Shown: in pieces, positions 30,480 to 40,722 of the stretch | Numbering within the stretch: position 1 is the first letter of the stretch | Layout: every line of letters starts with the position of its first letter | From: Acholeplasma sp. | GTDB taxonomy: Bacteria; Bacillota_I; Bacilli_A; Acholeplasmatales; UBA5453 | Assembly (NCBI GenBank): GCA_036677365.1 | Contig: JAVBWN010000016.1 | Location: 44,488-108,487, forward strand | Direction: 5' to 3' | Length of the DNA: 64,000 nt | Position numbers and translations under genes: made by a program | Notes under the pieces: generated by a model | Database searches by the model: none | Told to the model about the DNA's origin: nothing | What the model saw: the letters and a program-made list of their open reading frames with translations, nothing else

Positions 30480-30523
30480 GCGATAACAACGCGATTATAT
30501 TTATATTTATGAAGGATGAAACA

Positions 30524-31768
30524 ATGATAAAAAAAATGACTTTAGCAGTACTGGGTTTTGGCCAACGTGGCGTCGTCTTCTCTAATGTTGCCAAATCGTA
30601 CCCAGATGAGATTGAGCTTGTGGCTGCTTGTGAGAAAAATACCCATAAGCATGCATGGATTAAAGCGAATTATCATTTGAATGAAAATCAAATCTACAGT
30701 GACTTTGACACATTCATGAATGCAGGTAAACTTGCAGATATTTTAGTGATTTCAACCATGGATCAAGATCATCACTTACACGCATTAAAAGCATTAGAAG
30801 TCGGTTATGACATATTGCTAGAAAAGCCGATTGCTTTAAGCAAGAAAGATATCTTTGAAATTAAGGATTTAGCCAATAAATTAAATCGTAAAATTGCAGT
30901 TGCCCACGTACTCCGATACACGCATTTTTACAATGAGATTAAAAAACTCATTGACCAAGGGGTACTAGGTAGTATTGCAACCCTCCACCAAACTGAGAAT
31001 GTTGGTTATCTACATTACGCACACAGCTTTGTGAGGGGTAATTGGCACAATTCCAATACCTCTAGCCCGATGATTCTCGCCAAAAGTTGTCATGACATCG
31101 ATATCATCAGATACCTAGTCGGTAAACGTGTTGAAAAAATTTCATCTTTTGGAAACCTTCATTACTTCAAAAAAGAAAACAGGCCAAAGAATGCAGCTAA
31201 AAACTGTATTGACTGTAAGGTGGATTGTCCATTTAATGCAATCCAGTTCTATGAAGAAAATCCAAGTTGGATGGCATTCTTCAGCTTAGAAAAAGACGCT
31301 AAAAAAGTTTTATCCGATCGGAATTTAAATTACGGACGTTGTGTTTATGATATGGACAACAATGTGGTGGATCACCAAGTACTCAACATGCAATTCGAAG
31401 ATGGGTCATCCGCATCCTTCACCATGACCGCTTTCTCCTATGAGACCCATCGACGAATTGAGATTAAAGGGACCAAAGCGGAACTTGTGGGCGACTTAGA
31501 AGATAACCTCATTACTGTGATGCCATTTGGAAAAACCCCATTTAAGATTGACATCAAAGCCCTCACCGATGACTTTAGTTATCACTCCGGTGGTGACAAA
31601 AATCTGCTCATCGATTTTGTCAGAGCTGTAAGAGACAATACATCATTCTTAACAGACATCAACTACGCTGTAGAAAGCCACTACTTAGCATTCGATGCGG
31701 AAACATCTAGACTCAATCAAGGGTTAGTCATAGATACATCCAAATCATGGAGCGATTATGAACGATAA
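30524..31768 (+). CDS. Gfo/Idh/MocA family oxidoreductase
   Basis: LGFGQRG, LLEKP, HVLRY, HSFVRGNW, KSCHDID. Confidence 0.88.
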   Translation: MIKKMTLAVLGFGQRGVVFSNVAKSYPDEIELVAACEKNTHKHAWIKANYHLNENQIYSDFDTFMNAGKLADILVISTMDQDHHLHALKALEVGYDILLEKPIALSKKDIFEIKDLANKLNRKIAVAHVLRYTHFYNEIKKLIDQGVLGSIATLHQTENVGYLHYAHSFVRGNWHNSNTSSPMILAKSCHDIDIIRYLVGKRVEKISSFGNLHYFKKENRPKNAAKNCIDCKVDCPFNAIQFYEENPSWMAFFSLEKDAKKVLSDRNLNYGRCVYDMDNNVVDHQVLNMQFEDGSSASFTMTAFSYETHRRIEIKGTKAELVGDLEDNLITVMPFGKTPFKIDIKALTDDFSYHSGGDKNLLIDFVRAVRDNTSFLTDINYAVESHYLAFDAETSRLNQGLVIDTSKSWSDYER

Positions 31769-33209
31769 TCATCATTATCTCACAGTGGATTTAGGCGCGT
31801 CATCTGGACGCGTCATCATCACCACTGTGGGTAATTCAATCATTCAAAAAGAGGTTCACCGTTTCAAAAACCAACCGATTCAAGAAGCGGTTCTTTTAGT
31901 ATGGCCATTTGAATACCTTTTACAAGAAATCTTGTTAGGCATTCAAAAAGCCTTTGAAATCGAACCCAACCTAGAATCGATTGGGATTGATACTTGGGGT
32001 GTCGATTATGGCTATATCGGTAAGGATGGATTATTGCTTAGAAACCCTGTATGTTATCGTGACGAAAGAACCTTACAAGGACAATCGCTCACCAACGCCT
32101 TCTTTTCAAAAGAAGATTTATATGAACAAACAGGTATTCAACACTTAAGATTCAATACAATTTATCAACTCGCTTATGATTTAAAATACGAACAAAAACT
32201 ACTAAAAAATGCACGTACCTGGTTAATGATGCCAGATCTCATCGCTTATTACCTCACAGGTAACCCACGAATAGAACTGACCAATTTATCCACAACCAGT
32301 TTTTATAACCCTAAGGAAAAAAACATCATTGATGCATTATATCGTATGGGGTTTAACAAAGATTTAATACCTCAAGGAATTCAACCTGGTGAAGTCTATG
32401 GGTATCTTAAAGAAGATATCGTCAATAAGTATCACTTAAAAAATGTACCAGTAATTGCGGTGTGTACACACGATACCGCTTCGGCGATTCACAGTATCGA
32501 TGTGAATCATGACGATGTGTATATTTCATCTGGAACGTGGAGTTTGATAGGTAAATTATTAGAACAACCCCTCATCAATTTAGAATCGTATCTCGCTTCT
32601 TATACCAATGAAGTCGGATTTAACCATCAAATCAGATTCTTAAAGAACATAGCAGGCTTTTGGGTAAAAAACAAAATCATAGAAGCCTTTAAACTGGATA
32701 AAATCGATTACCAATCACTAGATCAAGAAATTAATCAAAATCTAACCTTTAATTCAATCATCGACTTAGATGCCCCTGAATTTGAATTAGGCATCGATAT
32801 CCTAGAAGAGATCAAATATTACTGTATCAAAACGAATCAATCCACCCCAAAAACCTTAGCAGAATACCTCGCGTTATTTAACTACAGTCTCGTCTGTAAG
32901 TATAAGCACCATTTAGAAACACTTGAGAGATTAACCCATATTAAAACAAAACAAATCATCATCATTGGCGGCGGTTCACAAAATGACCTCATCAATCAGA
33001 TGACCGCCGACATCACTGGTTTAGTCGTCATCAAAGGTGATAAAGAAGCAACCTCGATTGGGAATGCTTTAGTACAACACCAATCAAAGTATCCAAATTT
33101 CAGTAAATCAGACTTAAGAAGTAAAAACCAACGCATGTTTAAACCGAAAAATGACCTATCCAAGGTATATCAGAAATATCAAACCATCCTAAAGGGGCGA
33201 ATCATATGA
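31758..33209 (+). CDS. rhaB: Rhamnulokinase
   Basis: DLGASSGR, IDTWGVDY, YRDERT, HDTASA, SSGTWSL. Confidence 0.9.
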   Translation: MNDNHHYLTVDLGASSGRVIITTVGNSIIQKEVHRFKNQPIQEAVLLVWPFEYLLQEILLGIQKAFEIEPNLESIGIDTWGVDYGYIGKDGLLLRNPVCYRDERTLQGQSLTNAFFSKEDLYEQTGIQHLRFNTIYQLAYDLKYEQKLLKNARTWLMMPDLIAYYLTGNPRIELTNLSTTSFYNPKEKNIIDALYRMGFNKDLIPQGIQPGEVYGYLKEDIVNKYHLKNVPVIAVCTHDTASAIHSIDVNHDDVYISSGTWSLIGKLLEQPLINLESYLASYTNEVGFNHQIRFLKNIAGFWVKNKIIEAFKLDKIDYQSLDQEINQNLTFNSIIDLDAPEFELGIDILEEIKYYCIKTNQSTPKTLAEYLALFNYSLVCKYKHHLETLERLTHIKTKQIIIIGGGSQNDLINQMTADITGLVVIKGDKEATSIGNALVQHQSKYPNFSKSDLRSKNQRMFKPKNDLSKVYQKYQTILKGRII

Positions 33210-34450
33210 CACAAAATGAAAAATACAATATAGCGAAATCCATCTATCAAAAATATGGTGTTGATGTCGATCAAGCGATTCAAACACTCAAACAAACACC
33301 TATTTCTATACAGTGTTGGCAAGGGGATGATGTCAAAGGCTTTTATAGTAATGAAGCACTCTCTGGTGGTATTTCAGTAACCGGAAATTACCCATTCCGA
33401 GCAAGAACAATTGAAGAACTTCGAAGCGATTTAGAAGTTGTCTTTCAATTGGTTCCATTCAAACATCGCGTGAATTTACATGCGATTTATCTCGATACTA
33501 AGGATAAGATCGAACTGGATGAAATCGAACCGAAACACTTTGAATCTTGGGTTAATTGGGCGAAAAAAGAGGGCATTGGATTGGACTTCAATCCAACCCT
33601 ATTCTCACATCCAATGGCAGCTTTAGGATTTACGTTATCATCCAATGATGATCATATCAGAAGCTTTTGGGTAAGACACGTCAAACAATCCAGAAAAGTG
33701 GCTCAGTATTTTGGAGAAGCCTTAGGGATTGAAACGGTATGTAATTTATGGATACCAGATGGTTATAAAGACACCCCATACAACCGACTAGCACCAAGAA
33801 TTCAACTTCAAAAATCGCTAAATGAAATTTATACATCCAAATTGGATCGTGTGGTAGACACCCTTGAATCGAAACTCTTTGGTATTGGGGCGGAATCATA
33901 TACAACCGGTTCACACGAATTTTATATGGGGTATGCGATTAAACACAATCTCGGGTTATGTTTAGATTTGGGGCATTTCCATCCAACAGAACAAGTATCG
34001 GATAAACTCTCTGCCATGTCGTTATACGTGGATCACTTATTACTACATGTATCCAGACCAGTACGCTGGGATTCAGACCACGTGGTTACACTCAGCGATG
34101 ATTTACTCAGTGTTACAGAAGCATTGGTTCGAGATGATTTATTAAAGAAAACAGCGATTGGATTAGACTATTTTGACGCTTCAATTAATCGTATTGCAGC
34201 GTGGGTGATTGGTATCAGAAATACACAAAAAGCGTTGTTAAAAGCCCTATTAGAACCGAAAGAATTGATTGAGAAAATAGAAAAAGCACAAAACTATACC
34301 GCTAGATTGGCCTACCTAGAAGAGTTAAAAGCATTACCATTCGGGCTGGTTTATGACTACATTTGTGAAGTAGAACATAAACCCGTTGGCATCGATTTCT
34401 TAAAAAAAATAGAAGCTTATGAAGCCAACATGAAAGGCAAACGACCATGA
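33206..34450 (+). CDS. rhaA: L-rhamnose isomerase
   Basis: CWQGDDV, TGNYP, WIPDGYKD, ESKLFGIG, GHFHPTE, RPVRWDSDHV. Confidence 0.96.
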   Translation: MTQNEKYNIAKSIYQKYGVDVDQAIQTLKQTPISIQCWQGDDVKGFYSNEALSGGISVTGNYPFRARTIEELRSDLEVVFQLVPFKHRVNLHAIYLDTKDKIELDEIEPKHFESWVNWAKKEGIGLDFNPTLFSHPMAALGFTLSSNDDHIRSFWVRHVKQSRKVAQYFGEALGIETVCNLWIPDGYKDTPYNRLAPRIQLQKSLNEIYTSKLDRVVDTLESKLFGIGAESYTTGSHEFYMGYAIKHNLGLCLDLGHFHPTEQVSDKLSAMSLYVDHLLLHVSRPVRWDSDHVVTLSDDLLSVTEALVRDDLLKKTAIGLDYFDASINRIAAWVIGIRNTQKALLKALLEPKELIEKIEKAQNYTARLAYLEELKALPFGLVYDYICEVEHKPVGIDFLKKIEAYEANMKGKRP

Positions 34451-35262
34451 TAAAAAACATATTAGAATCGAGATTTATCCAAGAATTTTCCAACGTCATC
34501 GATAGAATGTACCTCTTAGGTTGGGACGAAAGAAACGCCGGGAATGTTTCATACATTCTCGATGAAGCCGAATTATCCGAGTACCTAGACTTATCTAAAA
34601 TAGGGCGATTATACCCGCTTCAAATCAATGCGAAACCGTTGGCAGGTAAATACTTACTTGTCACAGGGTCAGGTAAGTATTTCAAAAATGTCAAAGAACA
34701 ACCAGAAGCGAATGCTTGTATTGTAAAAGTCACACAAGCAGGTGACCATGTCGAAATTCTATGGGGATTAAAACCGACCGAAAGACCGACATCCGAATTA
34801 TCGACACACCTAGCTTCACATATTTCTAGACTTGAAGTAGACCCAACGCATAGGGTCATCATCCACACACACGCGACATATTTAAATATGATGAGTGCAA
34901 TCACTGAACTCGATGAAAAAACATTCACCAAAGCATTGTGGGGATTAAATACAGAAAACATCATCATCTTTCCAGAAGGCTTAGGCATCATTCCATGGGA
35001 AATTCCAGGGAACGGGATCATTGGAAAAAACACAGCAGAAAAATTTAAAACATTCAAAATAGTCTTATGGCCACTCCATGGCGTAGTCGCATCCGGTGAC
35101 ACCCTAGATTCAACGTTTGGTTTGGTTGAAACAGTAGAAAAAGCCGCCATGACCTATTTGGTGATTAAACCATTTAATAACCATAAACTCATACCAGATG
35201 CAGATTTAGTTAGACTTGCGAAAGCTTTTAATGTCAAACCGAACGAGGCATTCATCAAATGA
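34447..35262 (+). CDS. rhaD: Rhamnulose-1-phosphate aldolase
   Basis: GWDERNAGNVS, TGSGKYF, PTSEL, HTHAT, W..HG. Confidence 0.94.
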   Translation: MIKNILESRFIQEFSNVIDRMYLLGWDERNAGNVSYILDEAELSEYLDLSKIGRLYPLQINAKPLAGKYLLVTGSGKYFKNVKEQPEANACIVKVTQAGDHVEILWGLKPTERPTSELSTHLASHISRLEVDPTHRVIIHTHATYLNMMSAITELDEKTFTKALWGLNTENIIIFPEGLGIIPWEIPGNGIIGKNTAEKFKTFKIVLWPLHGVVASGDTLDSTFGLVETVEKAAMTYLVIKPFNNHKLIPDADLVRLAKAFNVKPNEAFIK

Positions 35263-36239
35263 AAAAAGTCATCGTTATTATGTTGATAGCACTCGTTATG
35301 TTATCCGGATGTAAGGAAAAAGAAAAACCCATCATCGATGACACTGGCGCAATAGAATTATTAGAAGACCCGACGTTCTCCACTGGATTTCAGTTGTTAG
35401 GTATTAGTCCTGTCGTCGATGGTAGAACCATTCAACGACATCTAGACTATAACGGTGAAGCACTGCCTTCAACCAGAAATGTATGGTATATGGCACAGTG
35501 GTGGACCCCACACGATGTTACTGATGCAACTTATGCTAAAGTGAGCGGCGTTCACACATACACCACTGAATCGAGAACCTTACATATAAATCCAAGTGAC
35601 CACGGTTATTTGAGAATTGATCTAAAAGCATCCAAAGAGTATAGTGAACCAAGACAAAGTGGTCAACCTTGGACACATGCACTCATTGAACAAGATTTCA
35701 ACGAGTCAGTGGGTATGCAAGCCTTATCTGCACTCATACTCAAACTTGAAGTCACTGTGAATTCGGTTGAAAACTTAACGGGTTCAGCTTATGATCCATC
35801 CAAACACGCAGCACAACTCTTATGGTATTTAACGTTAAGAAATGTTGTTCCAGAAGATGCTGATCCAAACGAAGTAGGAACTCGAGGAGACTTCCTATGG
35901 TTTGGCATTCCGATTTATGATAATCGTTCCGATTTTATAGCACAATCAGCCCATCTCGACCAAGGTGGTCCCGGTACAACCAATAAACTCATTTATTCAA
36001 TGTCTTCAAGAAACTATTTTGATGAAAAGATTCAAATGGGTAAAACCTATCAAATTGAAATTGATGTCTTACCTTACTTACAAGAGGCATTCCTTTACGC
36101 GATTCAAAACAATGCCCTGGTGAATGCACAATATGAAAACATGCAAATTGGTTATATGAACTTAGGTTGGGAACTCCCAGGAACATTTGATGTATCATCG
36201 ACTTTTAGAAATATATCCATCAAAGCAGTTAAGAAGTAG
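35259..36239 (+). CDS. Lipoprotein of unknown family (paralogue 1 of 3)
   Basis: Lipobox LSGC; shares WFGIP..D.R and MN.G.E.PG motifs with the genes at 36247 and 46244. Confidence 0.8.
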   Translation: MKKVIVIMLIALVMLSGCKEKEKPIIDDTGAIELLEDPTFSTGFQLLGISPVVDGRTIQRHLDYNGEALPSTRNVWYMAQWWTPHDVTDATYAKVSGVHTYTTESRTLHINPSDHGYLRIDLKASKEYSEPRQSGQPWTHALIEQDFNESVGMQALSALILKLEVTVNSVENLTGSAYDPSKHAAQLLWYLTLRNVVPEDADPNEVGTRGDFLWFGIPIYDNRSDFIAQSAHLDQGGPGTTNKLIYSMSSRNYFDEKIQMGKTYQIEIDVLPYLQEAFLYAIQNNALVNAQYENMQIGYMNLGWELPGTFDVSSTFRNISIKAVKK

Positions 36240-36246
36240 GTGTGAT

Positions 36247-37140
36247 ATGAAAACAATCGAATTATTAACAGACACGCATTTTAAAACAGGCTTCCATGTG
36301 CTTGGAATCAATCCGACCATCAATCATCGAAAAATTTACAAATATTTAGATTACAACGGTGAAGCTTATCGAACCAATTGGCCTGTTTGGCAGATGGCTC
36401 AATGGTGGACACCATTTGATTTATCCGAATCTACATTCAAAAAATCAGAGGATCGTTTTATATATGACACCCCTTCTAGACACATTGAAGTGAATCCAAA
36501 AACGGGGTATCTCAAGATGGATTTATTTGGGTCTAAAGAGTATCCGCTTGGGCCAAGAAAAAGCGGTAGTGAGCCCTGGAGTCACTTACTCATAGAACAA
36601 GATTTCAACGAAAGTGTATCACTAGACTTCTTGAAATCACTCACTTTGAAATTGTCATTCCAGATTGAATCTGTTCAAGATGAAAACCAAGGGTTGTTTA
36701 ATCCGAATTTACACGCAGCCCAATTCTTATGGTATTTCGTCATTCATGACACAGGCATTGAAGGTTCTAAAGGGTATGGAAACTTTAAAGAATTCTTTTG
36801 GTTTGGAATACCATTGTTTGATAGTCGATACCCATTCATCGAGGAATCGATGCATGTCGACCAAGGCGGCATAGGTACTACTGGTAGACTCATCTATTCA
36901 ATGTCAAACAGAAACTACCTAAAAGAACCCATTCAATTTGGAAAACCATATGACATAGAAATTGACATTTTACCGTTTGTTTTAAAGGCAAAACAGTATG
37001 CATTAGATCATGGCTACTTAAAACGACACGATCAAGCAAACTATCAAATTGGGTATATGAATTTAGGATGGGAATTACCAGGTAGATATGACGTGAAATC
37101 GCATATTCAAGGGATTTCAGCGTTGGCAGTTTTGAAATGA
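36247..37140 (+). CDS. Protein of the same unknown family without signal peptide (paralogue 2)
   Basis: ATG behind GGTGTGA; MAQWWTP, HLLIEQDF, WFGIPLFDSR, MNLGWELPG. Confidence 0.8.
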   Translation: MKTIELLTDTHFKTGFHVLGINPTINHRKIYKYLDYNGEAYRTNWPVWQMAQWWTPFDLSESTFKKSEDRFIYDTPSRHIEVNPKTGYLKMDLFGSKEYPLGPRKSGSEPWSHLLIEQDFNESVSLDFLKSLTLKLSFQIESVQDENQGLFNPNLHAAQFLWYFVIHDTGIEGSKGYGNFKEFFWFGIPLFDSRYPFIEESMHVDQGGIGTTGRLIYSMSNRNYLKEPIQFGKPYDIEIDILPFVLKAKQYALDHGYLKRHDQANYQIGYMNLGWELPGRYDVKSHIQGISALAVLK

Positions 37141-37187
37141 ATCGATTCAACAACTGAAAAAGTTGTAAAAAATATATGGAGGGAACC

Positions 37188-39581
37188 ATGAAAAAATTAG
37201 TATCATTCGGTTTAATCGTTGTTTTAGCGTTTATGTTGATGGCAAAGCAAGCTAAAGCAGCTGTATTACCAGAAAATCCACCAGTCATTGGTGTGGAATC
37301 AACCACAACGGATTTCTATTCACATTGGCAACCAGGTAGTTTTGGTGCAACCCGTATTGGCGACCAAGGCGTCGCAATGGCATTAACATCTGGATTCGGT
37401 TTAAGAGCGGGATTTAGAACCCCATTTAACGCAACCGATTTTGAGATGCAACTGGATTTAACTTATATGGACCCAGGTACAGCTACGATTACTTTCTTTG
37501 GACCACAAGGGTCATACATTAGCGGTAATGGTGCAGTACTTTCCATTGAATTCGTTAAACATACGACTGTTGCGAACAAATACTTAGTCGCTGTTCAAAT
37601 TGGGTCTGGTACACACCACGTATCACTACCTGAATTCGTATTAGTTGAACAAGGTGACTGGGAAGATTCGAACTGGAAAGGTTACCAATTGGTAGCACCA
37701 GAAGACGTGATTACAGTATCGATCAAAGAAGTTGGTACTAACGTGAACGTGACCATCAATGGTCAAGTCTTTGTGGTTGCTTCTTCCACGTTCTATTCAA
37801 ACTTCGCTGATAAGACAAACTCATATTTCTTAGTTGGTGCTTTGAATATGGACGGAACCGTTCAAACGTTAGTTGCGAATTATGTTGTCGATGCAAGCAG
37901 AAGAGCTTATTATGCTGAAGATGGCGCATTCGATACATTCAAGACAAATTTAGTTGCTTTAGAAACCGCGTTACTTGAGGACTTATCAGTCATCACGAAT
38001 GTTCAAGCAGCTCAAGCAATCAATGCTAACCTAGACATTGATACCTTAAAATCATATGACAAGAATTTTTTCAGATCAAGATTTGATGCGGCTCAAAGCA
38101 CACTCTCTCAAGCCATTACTGAACTCGGTGGGGATATCGTTCTAGACGAACTAGAAGCATCCATTGTCAACCTTGAAGGTAAAGTCAACCTCATTTCAAA
38201 CTACACAACAGCAAATCAAGCAATCGCACAACTAACGATTGCCCAAGATAAAGAAGTAGCCGTGGATGCTTCTGAATTCACCCCTGAACAAATAACAAGA
38301 CTTGGTCAATTGTCAGACCGCATTGTAGCTGCTGACACATTAATCATTTCCAAAGTCCATGATTTAGTCTCAGCACAAATCGATGCATTTGAAGCAGCCG
38401 TATTGGATTTATCCAACATTTCAAAAGTCAATACAGCTTTAGATGCTAGAGCAGCTGTATCCAAAAATTTGATCAGTTTACTAGAAGAAGCAGACCAAAC
38501 TGAGTTCAATAATGCTTTTGATGCTGCTGAAACCACTTTGATGGCTGCAACTCAAACATTGGACGGTTGGATCGTTGGTGACAACACCTATGTCATTGAA
38601 AACAACAATACATTTGAAGCAACATTCTTAGGTTCTGGTTTAGGTGAAGGTGGGAACGGCCTATTCTATGAACTAGAACAACTCGATGTTAGAAATTTCA
38701 GAATGACTTTAGACATCTCTGCAATTACAGTTGAAGCTGGTGGTTGGATTAGCTTCGGTATTATGGAAAATCCAGAAATCTTCTCAACCGCAGATGATTC
38801 TTCAGTACAAAATAACAAAGGATTATTCTTCTTGATTATTCCAGATGGTGCAAATCAAGCCAGAGTTGAAATTTACATGTTAAGTTTATACTCAAACCGT
38901 TTCTTCGATGCGAAACGGACAGCAACACTTAATATCAATTTAAGCAATGAAATCGTTGTGGATTTCTCCACTGAAATGCGATCTGTATCCGGTGTTACCG
39001 ATGAGTATCTAAGAATCTCTATTGGTGGGCAAGTTATGACTGGCGATACCATTACAACCAGATCACTTAAAACATCATTGGCTACAGGTAAGGGTTATCT
39101 ATACTTAGCAGCAACCGGTGGCACTTATGCTTCAAAAAATACCATCAGCGTATCTTTCATCAATGGTAAAAATCCACTTTCCGATAGTTTAGTCGTAGAC
39201 TATGCACCAGCACCTCATGTTTTAACCACTTCATTATCGTATGAACTTGAAACACTCACAGATAAAAACATCGAATTCTATAACAGAGATTTATCCTATG
39301 TGGTTAAAGTGAATGATGTCATCGTTGATGCTTCTAATTACACCTATGCCAATAACATTCTTAAACTTAAATCCAGTTTCTTAGAAACACTTGAAGCTGG
39401 TGAACACACTGTGAAAATTGAAACTGCTGGTGGAGTTGCAACCGTAGCGTTGACAGTGACCGCTGCACCACAAGCGCCACAAGCAGCCAACAATGTAGTT
39501 TGGATTTCAATTGGTATTGGTGGCGGGGTTATTGCTTTAGCTGTAGCCGCGTTCTTCGTCTTTAAGAAAAAAGGTATCTAA
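37188..39581 (+). CDS. Large secreted, C-terminally membrane-anchored surface protein
   Basis: Signal peptide ending AKA; Ala/Glu-rich helical middle; X2/Ig-like segment (NYTYANNILKLKSSFLETLEAGEHTV); TM helix plus KKK. Confidence 0.75.
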   Translation: MKKLVSFGLIVVLAFMLMAKQAKAAVLPENPPVIGVESTTTDFYSHWQPGSFGATRIGDQGVAMALTSGFGLRAGFRTPFNATDFEMQLDLTYMDPGTATITFFGPQGSYISGNGAVLSIEFVKHTTVANKYLVAVQIGSGTHHVSLPEFVLVEQGDWEDSNWKGYQLVAPEDVITVSIKEVGTNVNVTINGQVFVVASSTFYSNFADKTNSYFLVGALNMDGTVQTLVANYVVDASRRAYYAEDGAFDTFKTNLVALETALLEDLSVITNVQAAQAINANLDIDTLKSYDKNFFRSRFDAAQSTLSQAITELGGDIVLDELEASIVNLEGKVNLISNYTTANQAIAQLTIAQDKEVAVDASEFTPEQITRLGQLSDRIVAADTLIISKVHDLVSAQIDAFEAAVLDLSNISKVNTALDARAAVSKNLISLLEEADQTEFNNAFDAAETTLMAATQTLDGWIVGDNTYVIENNNTFEATFLGSGLGEGGNGLFYELEQLDVRNFRMTLDISAITVEAGGWISFGIMENPEIFSTADDSSVQNNKGLFFLIIPDGANQARVEIYMLSLYSNRFFDAKRTATLNINLSNEIVVDFSTEMRSVSGVTDEYLRISIGGQVMTGDTITTRSLKTSLATGKGYLYLAATGGTYASKNTISVSFINGKNPLSDSLVVDYAPAPHVLTTSLSYELETLTDKNIEFYNRDLSYVVKVNDVIVDASNYTYANNILKLKSSFLETLEAGEHTVKIETAGGVATVALTVTAAPQAPQAANNVVWISIGIGGGVIALAVAAFFVFKKKGI

Positions 39582-40721
39582 ATGAACAAAAGAGTAAACT
39601 ACAAGCACATCACAATGCTTTTATGCTTACTCTTTACCGGTTTATTTTTGAGTGCATGTCAACAAGAACAAGGCTATCAGTATGGTGAAAAACAAATGTT
39701 GGTAAAATTATGGGAAGACAAAACGATCTATAATGAGACGGTCGTTCTCGAAGATAATGGTTCAGAAATATCAGGCAAATTGTTATTTGCACCTACTGAA
39801 ATCATTGCCGTTAGGGATTATACACTGGATAAAGTATACGATCCCTCTGAATATGAAATCAGAGGAAACATCATTATGAGAACAGATACATCCACGATGC
39901 CATTTTTAACAACAGAACAATTGGCTGGAAAAAATTTGCCTGAAGCATATGCATTTAGCACGTATCAAGCAAAAGCCCCTGGCACACAAATCATCTTTAC
40001 TGAAGGTATTGGGATCGTCATGCATCAAATCGCGGTTACATATAAACACGCATCTACATGGGCAGGGATTACACCTGCCCATCAAGTAGATGCATTGAAG
40101 CGATTTAATCAAAAAATTAGCGCAGGTGAAGCAGTAAACGTCGTACTTTATGGGGATTCTATATCCACAGGTGCAAACTCATCGGGTGTATTGGGCATCA
40201 AACCTTACCAAGACGATTTCGGCACAATGTTTACCAATTATTTATCAAGTAAATACCATACCACCGTAAATCTCATAAATACGTCCAAAGGTGGGATGTT
40301 ATCTGCTTGGGGTAAAGACAATGTAGATGATTTAGTGAATGATTATGATCCGGATTTGGTCATCATTGGTTTTGGTATGAATGATGGTTCATTGGGTGTT
40401 TCTCCTTTAACTTATAAAGAGAATATTGAATTTATGATACGTTCCATTCAATCAAGAAACCCGGAAGCAGACATCATTGTCATGCATACCATATATGCGA
40501 ATCCATTATCGATTCAAAATCAAGGTCAAGCGTCTTATTTACCAGAATTAACAGATTTACAATCTGCCTATGGGGTTGCATTACTTGACATGGGCAGCAT
40601 CACTGAAGAATTATATAAAACCAAAAAGGGTGTGGATATTCTAGCGAATAACATCAACCACCCTAGTGATTTTTTAGTTAGAATCTATGCAGCAGGACTC
40701 ATTCAGGTGTTGGAGGGATAA
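39582..40721 (+). CDS. SGNH/GDSL esterase lipoprotein
   Basis: Lipobox LSAC; YGDSIS, GFGMND, INHP. Confidence 0.85.
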   Translation: MNKRVNYKHITMLLCLLFTGLFLSACQQEQGYQYGEKQMLVKLWEDKTIYNETVVLEDNGSEISGKLLFAPTEIIAVRDYTLDKVYDPSEYEIRGNIIMRTDTSTMPFLTTEQLAGKNLPEAYAFSTYQAKAPGTQIIFTEGIGIVMHQIAVTYKHASTWAGITPAHQVDALKRFNQKISAGEAVNVVLYGDSISTGANSSGVLGIKPYQDDFGTMFTNYLSSKYHTTVNLINTSKGGMLSAWGKDNVDDLVNDYDPDLVIIGFGMNDGSLGVSPLTYKENIEFMIRSIQSRNPEADIIVMHTIYANPLSIQNQGQASYLPELTDLQSAYGVALLDMGSITEELYKTKKGVDILANNINHPSDFLVRIYAAGLIQVLEG

Positions 40722-40722
40722 C

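Noticed and set aside
34620..35150. Antisense and nested ORFs in the track (e.g. 34620-35150, 36890-37306, 51896-52333, 63081-63269)
   Set aside because: Most overlap well-supported genes on the other strand or frame, and they lack RBS and motifs
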